Position numbers and translations under genes: made by a program. Positions 37,389 through 51,497 of a DNA stretch of 64,000 nucleotides are shown here, piece by piece. A model generated the notes under the pieces. The model searched no databases and was not told where the DNA came from. It worked only from the letters and a program-made list of their open reading frames with translations. Source of the stretch: an uncultured Gammaproteobacteria bacterium (GTDB taxonomy: Bacteria; Patescibacteriota; Microgenomatia; UBA12405); assembly GCA_964538765.1 (NCBI GenBank), contig CAZIHS010000003.1, positions 631 to 64,630 of the forward strand, read 5' to 3'. Numbering within the stretch: the stretch's first letter is position 1; every line of letters starts with the position of its first letter.

Positions 37389-37422
37389 TCCCAAATCAAG
37401 TGTATAATAGACCGTCTTTTGT

Positions 37423-38478
37423 ATGATCAAATCCTGGCTTACTCCCAAAAACCAACTGGCGGTTCTGCTCATTCTGGCCGCCGCTTTTTACTTCGGCATC
37501 GCTAAAATCAATGCCGATACTGGTCAAAACGGTGGTAAATTCAACCAAAAAACCCAAACGCTCATCACCCCGGTCAAAAAAGACATTTCCGACGAACTAA
37601 CCCTAACCGGCTTCATCGACGCCCAAAAAGCCGAAGCCAAATTCCAGTCAAGCGGCCTTTTAACCTACGTTGCAGTTAAAGAGGGAGATAGGGTTAAAAA
37701 AGGCCAGCTTTTAGCCAGCCTTGACCGCCGCGAACTCCAAAAAAACCTCCAGAAACAATTTAACGACTACAAATCTGGCCTGCTCACTTTCCTCGATGTT
37801 CAAGACAAATACAAAAGTGAAAAAGACCACTACCTTCTTACCGACGAAATCAAAAGAGTTATCGACCGTTCCCAGGGAACTCTCAATAATTCCGTTATCG
37901 ACTATGAACTTGCCGAAATCGCCCTGAAATATTCATATCTTCTTTCCCCTATAAACGGCATTGTTCTTCATCTGGACCAGCCTTTTGCCAACGTCTTTAT
38001 CACTCCGGCCACTGCCACCATTTCTCTGGTCAACCCCGATTCAATCTATTTTCGGTCAGAAATAGACCAGGAAGACATCTCAAAAATTAGAGTAGGATCA
38101 GCCGCCCAAATTACCTTTGACAGTTTTCCCGACACCGTTTTTGACAGTCAGGTCAGCTACATTTCTTTCTCCCCAATCAGCGGCCAATCCAGCACTGTCT
38201 ACGAAGTCAGGTTTCCGCTGGCCACCGATAACCAGAATCTTAACTACCGGCTTGGAATGGACGGCGACGCCAAAATTACTTTAAACAAGTCTTTCGGCGC
38301 CATCACCCTGCCCAGCAACGCCATATTTGAAGAAAACAACCAAAAATTTGTTCTGGTTAAACCCGCTTCTTCAAAAGAACTGACCAAAGTACCCGTTAGC
38401 ACCGGCATCGAAACCGACACCGACATTGAAATTACAAAAGGACTTACCGGAAATGAAAACGTCGTTGTTAAAAAATAA
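37423..38478 (+). CDS. Efflux periplasmic adaptor (MacA/HlyD-like)
   Basis: VKEGDRVKKGQLLA, SPINGIV lipoyl-like halves. Confidence 0.92.
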   Translation: MIKSWLTPKNQLAVLLILAAAFYFGIAKINADTGQNGGKFNQKTQTLITPVKKDISDELTLTGFIDAQKAEAKFQSSGLLTYVAVKEGDRVKKGQLLASLDRRELQKNLQKQFNDYKSGLLTFLDVQDKYKSEKDHYLLTDEIKRVIDRSQGTLNNSVIDYELAEIALKYSYLLSPINGIVLHLDQPFANVFITPATATISLVNPDSIYFRSEIDQEDISKIRVGSAAQITFDSFPDTVFDSQVSYISFSPISGQSSTVYEVRFPLATDNQNLNYRLGMDGDAKITLNKSFGAITLPSNAIFEENNQKFVLVKPASSKELTKVPVSTGIETDTDIEITKGLTGNENVVVKK

Positions 38479-39163
38479 GAAACCCCTTCTCGAGCTTAGA
38501 AACGTATACAAAACCTACCTTTCGGGCAACACCAGTTTTAACGCCCTAAACGGCGTCTCCCTTACCATTTACCAGGGCGAATTTGTCTCAATCACCGGCC
38601 CGTCAGGATCAGGCAAATCAACTCTAATGCACATCATCGGGCTTCTAGACGTCCCCTCTAAGGGTCAGGTATTTATCGACAACCAAGACATTTCCCACCT
38701 TACCGAAGCCAAACTGGCCGGCCTTCGCAACATCACCCTTGGTTTCGTTTTCCAACAATTCAATCTTTTGCCCAAAACATCCTCTCTGGAAAACGTTACC
38801 CTGCCTCTGCTTTACTCCGATGTTTCAGGTAAATACCGCCAGCAAAAAGGGCTGGAAATGCTTGAAAAGGTTGGCCTGTTGGACAAACAAAAAAACACCC
38901 CCTCTCAACTTTCCGGCGGCCAGCAACAGCGGGTGGCCATCGCCCGGGCTTTGGTTAATAATCCAAAAATTATTCTCGCCGACGAGCCGACCGGCAACCT
39001 CGACAGCAAAACCGGAAAAGAAATAATGGAGCTGTTTCACCAGTTAAACCGGCAAGATGGCCGCACTATCGTTTTTGTTACCCACGACCTCGATCTGGCC
39101 GCCCAGGCCAACCGGACCTTTATAATAAGAGATGGAAAAATAGAGGAGAAAATAAATGTTTAA
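38453..39163 (+). CDS. ABC transporter ATP-binding protein (MacB/LolD-like)
   Basis: [29 protein letters not shown]. Confidence 0.96.
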   Translation: MKTSLLKNKKPLLELRNVYKTYLSGNTSFNALNGVSLTIYQGEFVSITGPSGSGKSTLMHIIGLLDVPSKGQVFIDNQDISHLTEAKLAGLRNITLGFVFQQFNLLPKTSSLENVTLPLLYSDVSGKYRQQKGLEMLEKVGLLDKQKNTPSQLSGGQQQRVAIARALVNNPKIILADEPTGNLDSKTGKEIMELFHQLNRQDGRTIVFVTHDLDLAAQANRTFIIRDGKIEEKINV

Positions 39164-40373
39164 ACCCTCAATTACCGACCTTTTTCATTCCAGTATCCGC
39201 TCAATATTTAAAAACAAAAGCCGGACCGTCCTCACCTCGCTTGGCATTGTTATCGGTGTCACCTCGGTCATTATGTTAACCTCCATCGGTAATGGTCTCA
39301 AAAACTACATCAACGACCAATTTGAAAGCCTCGGGTCAACTTTAATATTTGTGGTTCCGGGAAAAGTATTTAACGACAAAGGCGGCTTTAATCAAAACGA
39401 GTCTGCCCGTTTTATCACCACCTCCTTCGATCTAAAAGACGTCCAAAAACTCAAACGGGGCCTCAAAAGTGCCGCCATTATGCCGGTTAAACAAACACCC
39501 GTCGAAGCAAAATCAGCCTTTGGAAGCAAAAGCAATGTTAGCCTGGTAGCCACCACCGCCGACTACGGCCAAAACACCAACTCACTTCCCGATATCGGCC
39601 GTTGGTTTACAAAAGAAGAATACGATAAAAAAGCCAGCCTGGTTGTGGCCGGTTTTGAAATTGCCTCGGACCTATTCCCCAAAACCGATCCGCTTTATAA
39701 AAGCATCTATGTTAAAGGCAAAAAATTTAAAATAATCGGCATAATTCCAAAAAAAGGCAGCTCATTTGGCGGCCCCAATCTTGATCAGCATCTCTACGTT
39801 CCTCTTGAAACCAGCTTTTCCATGGCCAGCGACCAAAAAATACAACAAATTGTTATAAAGGCCACCAATGCCAACCAAATTGATGAAACCAAAGAACAAA
39901 CCAAAACGATTATGGAAAAACGCTATGACAGCGACGCGTTTAGTGTTTTCGACAGCCGCCAGCTTCTCAATTCAATTAATTCCATAATCGGCACCTTAAC
40001 CATTGCTCTCACCGGCATTGCCGCCATCTCTCTTATCGTAGGAGGTATTGGCATTATGAACATCATGTTGGTCACCGTCACCGAAAGAACCCGTGAAATC
40101 GGCCTTCGCAAAGCCATTGGCGCCTATCCAAGAGCCATTCTGCTTCAGTTTCTCTTTGAAGCGGTTATTCTCTCTCTGGTCGGTGGCGTTCTGGGCGTTG
40201 CTCTCGGCTCTCTTGGAACATACGCCATAAGCCGGGCTTTTCCCGCCCAAATCACTTTCGGTTCGGTTTTACTTGCCTTTGGCGTTTCCGGAGCTGTTGG
40301 CATCGTTTTTGGTGTTGCTCCTGCCCGAAAAGCCAGCCGGCTTTCACCCATTGAAGCTTTGCGCTACGAATAA
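39156..40373 (+). CDS. ABC transporter permease (MacB/FtsX-like)
   Basis: GGIGIMNIML..V.ERTREIG, PIEALRYE. Confidence 0.96.
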   Translation: MFKPSITDLFHSSIRSIFKNKSRTVLTSLGIVIGVTSVIMLTSIGNGLKNYINDQFESLGSTLIFVVPGKVFNDKGGFNQNESARFITTSFDLKDVQKLKRGLKSAAIMPVKQTPVEAKSAFGSKSNVSLVATTADYGQNTNSLPDIGRWFTKEEYDKKASLVVAGFEIASDLFPKTDPLYKSIYVKGKKFKIIGIIPKKGSSFGGPNLDQHLYVPLETSFSMASDQKIQQIVIKATNANQIDETKEQTKTIMEKRYDSDAFSVFDSRQLLNSINSIIGTLTIALTGIAAISLIVGGIGIMNIMLVTVTERTREIGLRKAIGAYPRAILLQFLFEAVILSLVGGVLGVALGSLGTYAISRAFPAQITFGSVLLAFGVSGAVGIVFGVAPARKASRLSPIEALRYE

Positions 40374-40390
40374 TCTGCTAAGATATTCCA

Positions 40391-40954
40391 GTGAGACCTT
40401 TGTTAAAGCAATTTGCTTTTCCTCTCCTGGTTTTTTACCTGATCGCCTCTATCATCTGGGTAATAAACCGGGTCGAATTCTCCAGTTTCATCTTCCTCTT
40501 TTTTGGTCTCACCCTTGGATTTTTAGCTCTTGATGTCGACCACCTTATCGACTGGTTCTATCTTCATCCAAAAGACGAAACCAGCCAAATGGCTCAAACT
40601 TTTGTCTCCCACCAACAGTTTCGCTCTCTTTTTCAACTCTACCTCCACACCTATTCCCGCCCCCAAAACCTTATCTTCCACCACTATTTTTTTCAAATTG
40701 TTCTAAATCTTATCTCCCTGTTTGTCTTCACCTCAAGCCAAAGCCTATTTACCATGGGCTTTCTCACTGGTCTCAACTATCACCTAATCGCCCATCAAAT
40801 ATATGACTACCAAAACCATCCCGTCCGCCTCCAAAACTGGCTATTTGCCCGGGAAAACAAACAACTGTCCGCAGAATACCTCAAACATTACATCACCGTT
40901 TTTGTTATTATTTTCTTCCTTTTTCTGCTGCTTCTAATCCGCTCCCAAATATGA
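40391..40954 (+). CDS. Hypothetical membrane protein
   Basis: Several TM helices; DVDH and HH motifs reminiscent of metal-dependent membrane hydrolases. Confidence 0.7.
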   Translation: MRPLLKQFAFPLLVFYLIASIIWVINRVEFSSFIFLFFGLTLGFLALDVDHLIDWFYLHPKDETSQMAQTFVSHQQFRSLFQLYLHTYSRPQNLIFHHYFFQIVLNLISLFVFTSSQSLFTMGFLTGLNYHLIAHQIYDYQNHPVRLQNWLFARENKQLSAEYLKHYITVFVIIFFLFLLLLIRSQI

Positions 40955-41463
40955 CCCAACTAACCTTTCAAACCGTTACCAACGCCAAAAAATTTCTCAA
41001 CTCCTCCCAAAAATCCTTGATAAACGACATCGAAACCGTTCTTTCCCGAATAAAAAATTTTGACCACATCAGCGATTACTCTTTTCTGGTTGCCCCGGCC
41101 GCTAAAGCCTACGAAGGCTACCTGAAGGATTTTTTTTTGAAAGCCGGAATCATTAACCAGGAAGCCTACCATTCCGACCGCTTCCGTGTCGGTAAAACCT
41201 TAAACCCCTCTCTCCGCTACAAACGTTTCTCCATCTTTCAAAAACTAATCGATCTTGACCCGAAAGGGGAGGAGTTGGCCGAAACCCTTTGGGACGCCTG
41301 GAAACACGGCCGCAATGAAATATTTCACTTTTTTCCAAACAACCTGAAAACCATCAACCGGGAAGAAGCCGAAAATTTAATCGGGCTTATCCTTTCTGCA
41401 ATCAGCAAGTCTGGCGAATTTCTCAAAAAAAACAATCCGCCCGCCTTAACCCAAGAACCCTAG
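40951..41463 (+). CDS. HEPN-domain protein (RnlA/RNase LS C-terminal-like)
   Basis: DYS....A.KAYEGYLK and RNEIFH (R-x4-H). Confidence 0.7.
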   Translation: MTQLTFQTVTNAKKFLNSSQKSLINDIETVLSRIKNFDHISDYSFLVAPAAKAYEGYLKDFFLKAGIINQEAYHSDRFRVGKTLNPSLRYKRFSIFQKLIDLDPKGEELAETLWDAWKHGRNEIFHFFPNNLKTINREEAENLIGLILSAISKSGEFLKKNNPPALTQEP

Positions 41464-41511
41464 CTTTTATCCAGTTTGTTTTCGCAAAAACATTCTAATA
41501 TAATTACTCTC

Positions 41512-41715
41512 ATGCCAAAACCAAAAAAAGTTGTAGTTGACCCGCAAAAATGTATCGGCTGCAACACCTGCCCCCTCATCGACCCTGCTACTTTTTATCT
41601 CGACCAGGTTGACTATAAAGCAAAAGTCAAAAAACAACCCGACAAAATTACCGCCGACATTAACCTGGCCATATCTTCCTGTCCTGTCGGGGCTATCTCT
41701 TTAGAAGACGATTAA
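41512..41715 (+). CDS. Monocluster ferredoxin
   Basis: CIGCNTC...CPVGAI. Confidence 0.9.
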   Translation: MPKPKKVVVDPQKCIGCNTCPLIDPATFYLDQVDYKAKVKKQPDKITADINLAISSCPVGAISLEDD

Positions 41716-41716
41716 A

Positions 41717-42273
41717 ATGCCTTTTGTCGCCCCACTTGTTATTTTTCTTCAAACCCTTTTTGGCCAAATTCCCCAATATTACCTCACCTACCAAACTTCC
41801 AGTCTTTGTCCCCAAAACCAGAACCTTGAATATCAGCTTAAAGAATCCCTGCCTCAAATCAGCAAGCTCAAATTTGAACCCCACTATCTAATTCTCAATT
41901 CCCAAAACCAACCAAACGCCCTTCAGATCGGCGACTCGTTTTATACCGCTATCAATGGCCGCGGCGAACTAAACCAAAATATCAGAGAACTGTGTGCCTG
42001 GAAAATTCAGCCAAACATCAACCGTTTTCTTTCTTTCGTCAATTATATCAACCAAAACTGTATCACAAAAAACATCGACACCTGCTGGCAAAACCAGGCG
42101 AAACTTGCAGGCTATAATCCCCAGGAAATTACCGACTGCTTCAATTGGGATACCCCTTCAATTATTAAAACTGAAATCGAATATTTTAACCGTTCAGCCA
42201 CCGTCAAAATACCCAAAGTTATCACCAACAATCAAAAACTTAATCAAATACTTTCAGTAGAAACCATCGATTT

Positions 42274-42298
<25 letters not shown>
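41717..42298 (+). CDS. Hypothetical protein, thioredoxin/DsbA-like
   Basis: S.CP, E..QNIRELC, spaced Cys residues. Confidence 0.5.
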
Positions 42299-44869
<2,571 letters not shown>

Positions 44870-44881
44870 GTTGAAACATTT

Positions 44882-47497
44882 ATGACCGATAAAAAAAATA
44901 CCCTAGTTAAAGACGATGCCGACATCGTCAACAGCATTGGCAAAATCATATCGGTAGACATTGTTCCGGAAATGGAAAAGTCGTACCTCGACTATGCCAT
45001 GTCAGTCATCGTCTCCCGGGCACTACCCGACGTCCGTGACGGCCTTAAACCTGTCCACCGGCGCATTATCTACGCCATGAATAAAATGGGCCTGGCCCCG
45101 ACCGGTAAAAATGTCAAATCAGCCGCCGTTGTTGGTGACGTTCTTAAATCCTACCACCCCCACGGCGACGCCGCTGTCTACATGTCACTTGTCAGAATGG
45201 CCCAAGATTTTTCACTTCGTTATCCTCTGGTAAAAGGTCAGGGTAATTTTGGCTCAATCGACGGCGACCCGCCTGCCGCCATGAGGTATACCGAAGTCAA
45301 AATGTCAAAATTTACCCCCGAAATGGTCGCTGACATTGACAAAGACACCGTTCCCATGGTCGACAACTACGACGCCACCCTTAAAGAGCCTGATGTGCTC
45401 CCGTCAAGACTGCCAAACCTTCTCCTCAACGGTGCCGACGGAATTGCTGTCGGCATGGCCACCAAAATTCCTCCCCACAATCTAAAAGAAATTTGCCAAG
45501 GTATCGGCTATATTCTCGAACATTGCAAACTGGAAAGGGAACCTCTCTCTTCGGCACCAACTCAAGCCACCGTCAACCCTTCTACCCGCGATCAAATACT
45601 GGAACCGATCTACCAGCTGGAACAGCTAAAATTTAATTTGGAAACCGCCGCCTCTGTTGAGGAATTAATTAAATTTATTCCCGGTCCCGACTTTCCCACC
45701 GCCGGTGAAATATACGGCCGGCAGGGGATAGTCGATATGTATCAAACCGGCCGGGGGAAATTTATACTCCGCGGTAAAACCAACATTGAAGAAACTAAGT
45801 CTGGCAAAATCCGCATTATTATCACCCAACTTCCTTACCAGGTAAACAAAGCCGAATTTGTCCAAAAAATTGCCCAGCTTCACCGTGACAAAAAAATCAT
45901 CGGTATCTCCGACCTTCGGGACGAATCCGACCGGCACGGCATCCGGGTGGTAGTTGAAATTAAAAAACTCGGCAAACCCAAGTCCATCCTCAACCGGCTC
46001 TTTAAATACACCCCCTTACAATCCTCCTACTCCGCCAACCTTCTCGCCCTGGTCAATGGCATCCCCCAAACACTCAACCTTAGACAACTTCTCCTGCTTT
46101 TCATCCGCCACCGGGAAAGTATAATCCGCAAACGGTCACTTTTTGACCTAAAAAACGCCTTTATTCGTGCCCACATTCTCCAAGGTCTAAAAATCGCCCT
46201 CGACGCCATTGACGAAATCATTAAAACCATTAGAGCTTCAAAAAATTCAGACGACGCCAAAGCTAATTTGATCGCCAGATTCAAATTCACCGATCTTCAG
46301 GCCAGCGCTATTCTTGAAATGCAGCTTCGCCGGCTGGCGGCTCTGGAAAGGCAAAAACTGGAAGAGGAATATGCGCAAGTCAACAAAATCATTGATGAGC
46401 TAACCGGAATTGTAAAAGAACCGCAAAAAATGATTACCACCCTCAAGTCTGAAAATGAAGAAATTGAGAAAAATTTCTCCGATACCCGTCTCACCAAAAT
46501 CTTTGTCCGCGGACTTGAAGAACTAAGCGACGAAGACCTTATTCCAAACGAACCAACCCTGGTCATCATCACCAAAACTGGATACGTCAAAAGACTGTCA
46601 AAAGAAAGCTACCACAGCCAAAATCGGGGTGGCGTCGGAGTTAGTGGCATGACCACCAAAAGTGAAGACGAAGTTGACCGGGTAATGTCGGTCAATACCC
46701 ACGACGAGCTTCTTTTCTTTACCAACCGCGGCCGGGTTTTCAAAACCCGGGTATGGGATATCAACGAAAGCAGCCGGCAATCAAAGGGCCAGGCCGTAAT
46801 CAACCTGATAAATATTGTTCAGGGAGAAACGGTGGAGGCAGTTGTTGCCCTGTCAAAAAACAACCCCGCCAAATACATTCTTCTGGCAACCAAAAATGGA
46901 ATCGTCAAAAAGACCAGCATTGAACGTTTTAAAAACATTCGCCAAAATGGCTTAGCTGCCATCAAGCTCGACCAAAATGACCAGCTTGCCTGGGCTTTAA
47001 CCACCAACGGCTCCGACCAGATATTTCTTGTCACCTCCCAGGGAAAATCAATCTGCTTCTCTGAAAATGACTGCCGGCCGATGGGTCGGCAAACCCGGGG
47101 AGTCCGCGGCATCAGCCTCAAACCAAATGATTTTCTGGTTGGTGCCGACATTCTTCCGCCAAAGTCTGACAACAAAGCCGACTTCCGCCACCTGTTTGTC
47201 ATCACCCAAAACGGAGTCGGAAAACGCACTGACGCCTACTTATACCCAACTCAAAAACGCGGCGGAGTTGGAGTTAAAGTCTCCAATATTTCAAGTAAAA
47301 CCGGTCAAATAACCACCGCCCACGTTATCACCCCGGCCGACAACCAAATGGTCATAATTTCCAAAAAAGCTTTAACCATCAAAATATTCACCAAAGATAT
47401 TCCCATCCTCAACCGTAACACCCGCGGGGTAATTTTAATGCGCTTCAAAACTGCCGATGATAAGGTCAGTGCTATCACCGTACTTCAAAATCAGTAA
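44882..47497 (+). CDS. gyrA: DNA gyrase subunit A
   Basis: [16 protein letters not shown], GyrA-box QNRGGVG. Confidence 0.97.
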   Translation: MTDKKNTLVKDDADIVNSIGKIISVDIVPEMEKSYLDYAMSVIVSRALPDVRDGLKPVHRRIIYAMNKMGLAPTGKNVKSAAVVGDVLKSYHPHGDAAVYMSLVRMAQDFSLRYPLVKGQGNFGSIDGDPPAAMRYTEVKMSKFTPEMVADIDKDTVPMVDNYDATLKEPDVLPSRLPNLLLNGADGIAVGMATKIPPHNLKEICQGIGYILEHCKLEREPLSSAPTQATVNPSTRDQILEPIYQLEQLKFNLETAASVEELIKFIPGPDFPTAGEIYGRQGIVDMYQTGRGKFILRGKTNIEETKSGKIRIIITQLPYQVNKAEFVQKIAQLHRDKKIIGISDLRDESDRHGIRVVVEIKKLGKPKSILNRLFKYTPLQSSYSANLLALVNGIPQTLNLRQLLLLFIRHRESIIRKRSLFDLKNAFIRAHILQGLKIALDAIDEIIKTIRASKNSDDAKANLIARFKFTDLQASAILEMQLRRLAALERQKLEEEYAQVNKIIDELTGIVKEPQKMITTLKSENEEIEKNFSDTRLTKIFVRGLEELSDEDLIPNEPTLVIITKTGYVKRLSKESYHSQNRGGVGVSGMTTKSEDEVDRVMSVNTHDELLFFTNRGRVFKTRVWDINESSRQSKGQAVINLINIVQGETVEAVVALSKNNPAKYILLATKNGIVKKTSIERFKNIRQNGLAAIKLDQNDQLAWALTTNGSDQIFLVTSQGKSICFSENDCRPMGRQTRGVRGISLKPNDFLVGADILPPKSDNKADFRHLFVITQNGVGKRTDAYLYPTQKRGGVGVKVSNISSKTGQITTAHVITPADNQMVIISKKALTIKIFTKDIPILNRNTRGVILMRFKTADDKVSAITVLQNQ

Positions 47498-47696
47498 ATT
47501 ATAGGATCATAACCACTTATAATATAGGCCACTGGCTCTTTCCAAAGCGTTTTTGGCAGCCCAATCTCGTGTTTGCCAACCAGGGTAAAATTTATGATTT
47601 AGCGCCAAAACAGGCAATAACACAACAGAGTAGGGGAGTCACCCACTAGTCCAAACCACATCAGCACCAATTCCCCCAAACACCCCTCACTATAGG

Positions 47697-48632
47697 TTAG
47701 CGGTTACCAGAGTGAAATTTATCGTGCACCTCACGTAACCTGGCATCAGTCACGTGAGTATAGATCTGGGTAGTAGCTATATTTTTGTGGCCCAATATTT
47801 CCTGAACCGACCTTAAATCGGCTCCGGCCCGAAGCAAATCTGTTGCCATAGAGTGTCTAAGCGTGTGGGGAGTCGCCTCAACCGGCAATCTCGCCTGTCT
47901 CACATACCTCTTTACCAGCAATTGCACTGATCTGGGGGTCAGCCTCGATTTTTCATCGCTTTCTATCACTATTTTTCCCTTTAGATAGTGTATAAACAAT
48001 GGGCGGTAATGATCGGTTCGGTTTTTTAGATACCGCCCCAGGCTATCCGCCGCCCTCTTTGAAATAAACACCACCCTGCCTCGGCCACCCTTACCAACCA
48101 CCCCCATTTCTCTCAGTTCCAGATTAACCTGGTCGCGGTTCAACCCGGTCAGTTCAGACACCCTTAATCCGGTTGAAAACAAAAGCTCCATAATCGCCCT
48201 ATCCCGCAAGCCTTTTTTGGTCGACAATATCGGCTGGTTTAATAACCGTTCTACCTGCTCAGCCGACAAAAACTTCAGGCTATGATCCTTTGCTTTTGGG
48301 ACTTCCAGTTTCTCAGGCTCCAACACTTTGTGGTCGTTTTTAATAAGCCATTTCAAAAACGATCTTAAAACGATAACGTAGTAACCTTGTGTCACCACTT
48401 TCAAATCACCCTTTAAACCTTTTTGTCTTGCTAAATATAACCTAAACAACCTGACATTATCCAAATTTATGTCATCAAGCAATGGCTCCTTGTTAACAAG
48501 CCCAGTCAAATAACCAACCATCTTTTCAAGGTAATGCCGGTATTTCACTATCGTCAACTTCGAAGCATTTCTTTCAAGTTGAAGATACTCCAGATATCGG
48601 GCCACCCAAAACACCACCTTTTTTTCTTTCAC
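47697..48632 (-). CDS. Site-specific tyrosine recombinase, XerC/XerD family
   Basis: TGLRVSEL, GKGG, HTLRHS, LGH, TQIYTH. Confidence 0.93.
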   Translation of the reverse strand: MKEKKVVFWVARYLEYLQLERNASKLTIVKYRHYLEKMVGYLTGLVNKEPLLDDINLDNVRLFRLYLARQKGLKGDLKVVTQGYYVIVLRSFLKWLIKNDHKVLEPEKLEVPKAKDHSLKFLSAEQVERLLNQPILSTKKGLRDRAIMELLFSTGLRVSELTGLNRDQVNLELREMGVVGKGGRGRVVFISKRAADSLGRYLKNRTDHYRPLFIHYLKGKIVIESDEKSRLTPRSVQLLVKRYVRQARLPVEATPHTLRHSMATDLLRAGADLRSVQEILGHKNIATTQIYTHVTDARLREVHDKFHSGNR

Positions 48633-49087
48633 AATCTATTCTAACAGCCCCGACAGCCCAAAACGCGTTTCTGGGCCGTTTAGTAAAGCCAAAACACATT
48701 ATGCCTGTCTTTCCGCCTTATATATCAATCCCCTCTATAAAATACAAACAGGGGATGGCGCCAAGCTAAAATCCGCTCAATTTAAAGCCGGGGAAAGAAA
48801 GGTAAACCAGAAGATTAAATTAACAAACAAACTTCAGTTTCTAAATTAAAACAAAAATTAAATATCAAAAAAACTTAACAAAATTTACCACTCCCCCTGC
48901 CCGCCAAAATGGTATAGGTCGTGAAAGATACATTCTACGAACTAATAAATTTACACCCAAACCCCAGGGGGAAGGAGTACAACAATTACTCTCTTAATAA
49001 GCCAAGATAAAAACAGTAATACAAATATAATTCCTCAAAAAATAGCCTCTCCTCCTCTAAACACCCACCGCTTCCGTCCAAACACAT

Positions 49088-49096
49088 TTATCCACA
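49088..49096 (+). promoter_or_regulatory. Perfect DnaA-box match in a 600-bp AT-rich intergenic region
   Basis: TTATCCACA. Confidence 0.4.
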
Positions 49097-49233
49097 AGAC
49101 TATATCACAATGTATCCCATAACAATCTATATCACTGTGAAAATTATAGGACAATGTGTGAAAATTACATATATTATAGGCCTATAGTATATAGGTTACT
49201 TCCCTTCCCTATTCCATCACCTGCCGTCAAAAT

Positions 49234-50019
49234 TTATTTACCCCAGCCGGTCATTATTAATATTCCCAAAATCACCGCCGCCGACACCCACAAATAAATA
49301 ATCCATGTCCTCCTAAACAACCGGCCTCTCAAGTCCGCCCCTAAAAGTTCAAGAAGAATATACATACCCGATACTAAGTAGATCGAACCCTTGAACACAC
49401 CTACCGGCCAAAACGAAAACACCAGTCCCAGCTGCGACATCAACCAGGCCGGAATCAAAACATAATTTAATCCATTTTCTCCCCTGCCACCGGTTAATTC
49501 AATTTCTACAGTCCAATAGTGATACCAAAAAATAAACACTGAAATAATAAAAACGAGTACCCAATTAACATAAAATTGCAAATTAAACGAAAGCATACTG
49601 TCAAAGAGGAAAAAACAACTCAACAAAAGAACTATCAAGCTGGTTGTATATGCCGCCCGGTACAAAGGCACAGTTTTATACCCAATAGCCACCATAAACA
49701 CATTTTCCAGAAGGAAGATAAGATAGTTTATTGCCACATAAAACAGCACCGCCATTACCGTTAGTATCCATCCTACCGGCAATATCGACACAAATAGTCC
49801 ATAACCTAAAAAAAATCCCAAAGGCAAAACCACCGTCACCATTCTTAAGTTGAAATTTGTCTCAAAAATTATTCCCAGCCCAAACCAATAACACACAATA
49901 ACCAAAACCAAACCAACCAAAATGCCGTAATATCTCGACTCATAGGGTAAAGCCATAGTTGACCACATCCCCACCCCGCAAATTATTGAACAAACAAAGT
50001 ACTTAAGCCTTTTTGGCAT
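49234..50019 (-). CDS. Polytopic membrane protein of unknown function
   Basis: About 8 TM helices; ATG 50019 (MPKRLKY). Confidence 0.8.
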   Translation of the reverse strand: MPKRLKYFVCSIICGVGMWSTMALPYESRYYGILVGLVLVIVCYWFGLGIIFETNFNLRMVTVVLPLGFFLGYGLFVSILPVGWILTVMAVLFYVAINYLIFLLENVFMVAIGYKTVPLYRAAYTTSLIVLLLSCFFLFDSMLSFNLQFYVNWVLVFIISVFIFWYHYWTVEIELTGGRGENGLNYVLIPAWLMSQLGLVFSFWPVGVFKGSIYLVSGMYILLELLGADLRGRLFRRTWIIYLWVSAAVILGILIMTGWGK

Positions 50020-50725
50020 AGTCAAAACCTGGGTAAACAGCCAACACTTCCTCGTGGTTTTCCAAATTTTCCAACAAATCAGCCAGGCGCTCCAATGCAT
50101 CCAAATCAGATACAAAAACCGGATTTCTTGCCCGATAGATTCTTCTTTCCTCAACCACCGTCAAATTTTTCTCTTTCAAAAACAATTCAACTTCGGCCAG
50201 TTTAGCTGAATCAACCACTATCACTCTGCCCTCGGCCTCCAAATCAATCGCCCCCCGGTCGATTAATTCCAACAAATCCGACTCGGGTAATCCATTCAAA
50301 AGTTCAACCTCAGCCACTCTTTCAAATTGAAACAATACACTGTTCGACTCTGCCACATCTGCCTTACCCTCCTTTAAAATAAGTTTCAATTCCGACAAGG
50401 TTCTGTTCTTATTATCCGTTTCGGCCTCAATAATTATTGGCACTCCCGACGGGCCATATACCTCAATTAATAGAAAACTTAAATTGTTCCTGCGTTGCTC
50501 AAATCTTAAAATTAACCTGTCAATATTCTCCTTTGGCATATTCGCCGCCTTGGCCTTCTCAATTGCCACCCTCAAGGCCGAATTCGCCTCAATTTTTGTA
50601 TTCCCGCCACCTTGTCGAATCGCCGTCAGAATATCTTTTGATAGTCTGGTAAAAACTTCACTTTTCTTTTTATCCTGGGCTCCTTTTCTGGTTTTAATAT
50701 TTGCCCACTTAGAATGACCCGACAT
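50003..50725 (-). CDS. yebC: YebC/PmpR family protein
   Basis: MSGHSKWANIK, NMPKENI, E.YGP.G, TDNKNRT. Confidence 0.95.
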   Translation of the reverse strand: MSGHSKWANIKTRKGAQDKKKSEVFTRLSKDILTAIRQGGGNTKIEANSALRVAIEKAKAANMPKENIDRLILRFEQRRNNLSFLLIEVYGPSGVPIIIEAETDNKNRTLSELKLILKEGKADVAESNSVLFQFERVAEVELLNGLPESDLLELIDRGAIDLEAEGRVIVVDSAKLAEVELFLKEKNLTVVEERRIYRARNPVFVSDLDALERLADLLENLENHEEVLAVYPGFDYAKKA

Positions 50726-51497
50726 AGCTTGAATATTCTATCATTTTCGCCAGTCCTTCCCCTACCACCAAACGCACTTCACCTCTCTCAACTTCCTCTG
50801 CTCCCGCTTCAATTTTACATTTTAAAAACCGATTCACTCTCCCCAAAAGAATTTCAGCATCCTTATTACCACTACCGATCAAAAGCCGGCATCTTTCCAT
50901 CTCAAGTGTCTCAAAATTACCCACATCAATAACCCTCAACCCAAAATAGTTCAACCTTTTAGCCACAAAATCTGCAAAACCCTTTTCTTCAGATCCATTA
51001 AAAACCTTCCAGTTCAACCCGCTTTCGGCCACTCCCTCGTCGGCCAGACCAACCTCAATCAATGTTTCAACCTCCTCGGCCAAACCCGCCCTTTCATCCT
51101 TTGCCAACTCACTTTCAACCAACACCAGCCGGCTATTCCACCACCACTCCCATCCCCTTCTCCAACCCTCAAACCGGGATCCGGCCGACTCCTCAAAACC
51201 AAAATTGTAAAAAAATATATCAGCCACTAGCGACTTTTTTCCCTCATTTTCCAAAAGCTTATTTAAGCTTCCCGCCCGATACCAACCCATCCCCCCGGGT
51301 ATCCAAATTTTCACCTCCGGTCCCACCGACAACTTAAACACAGACCGGCGCCTTGGTGACACGTTAATCAGTTTCACTCCATCCTCGTTTAAGACAACAT
51401 ACCGGTAGTCGTCTTTCACCACCACCCACGAAATCACCACCAGCACCAACCCAACCACCATCACCAATCCGGGAAAAAGCCAATATCTTTTCATCAT
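50709..51497 (-). CDS. Membrane-anchored protein with LytR C-terminal domain
   Basis: V.NGS...G.A..VA..L...G..V..VGN...V.LVVG. Confidence 0.7.
   Translation of the reverse strand: MMKRYWLFPGLVMVVGLVLVVISWVVVKDDYRYVVLNEDGVKLINVSPRRRSVFKLSVGPEVKIWIPGGMGWYRAGSLNKLLENEGKKSLVADIFFYNFGFEESAGSRFEGWRRGWEWWWNSRLVLVESELAKDERAGLAEEVETLIEVGLADEGVAESGLNWKVFNGSEEKGFADFVAKRLNYFGLRVIDVGNFETLEMERCRLLIGSGNKDAEILLGRVNRFLKCKIEAGAEEVERGEVRLVVGEGLAKMIEYSSYVGSF

Noticed and set aside
47697-48632. Tyrosine recombinase as a prophage or island integrase
   Set aside because: XerC/D size and motifs, housekeeping neighbours, and no att repeats or phage genes seen.
48633-49233. oriC or dif call
   Set aside because: Single perfect DnaA box, no dnaA nearby, no skew inversion and no convincing dif consensus.
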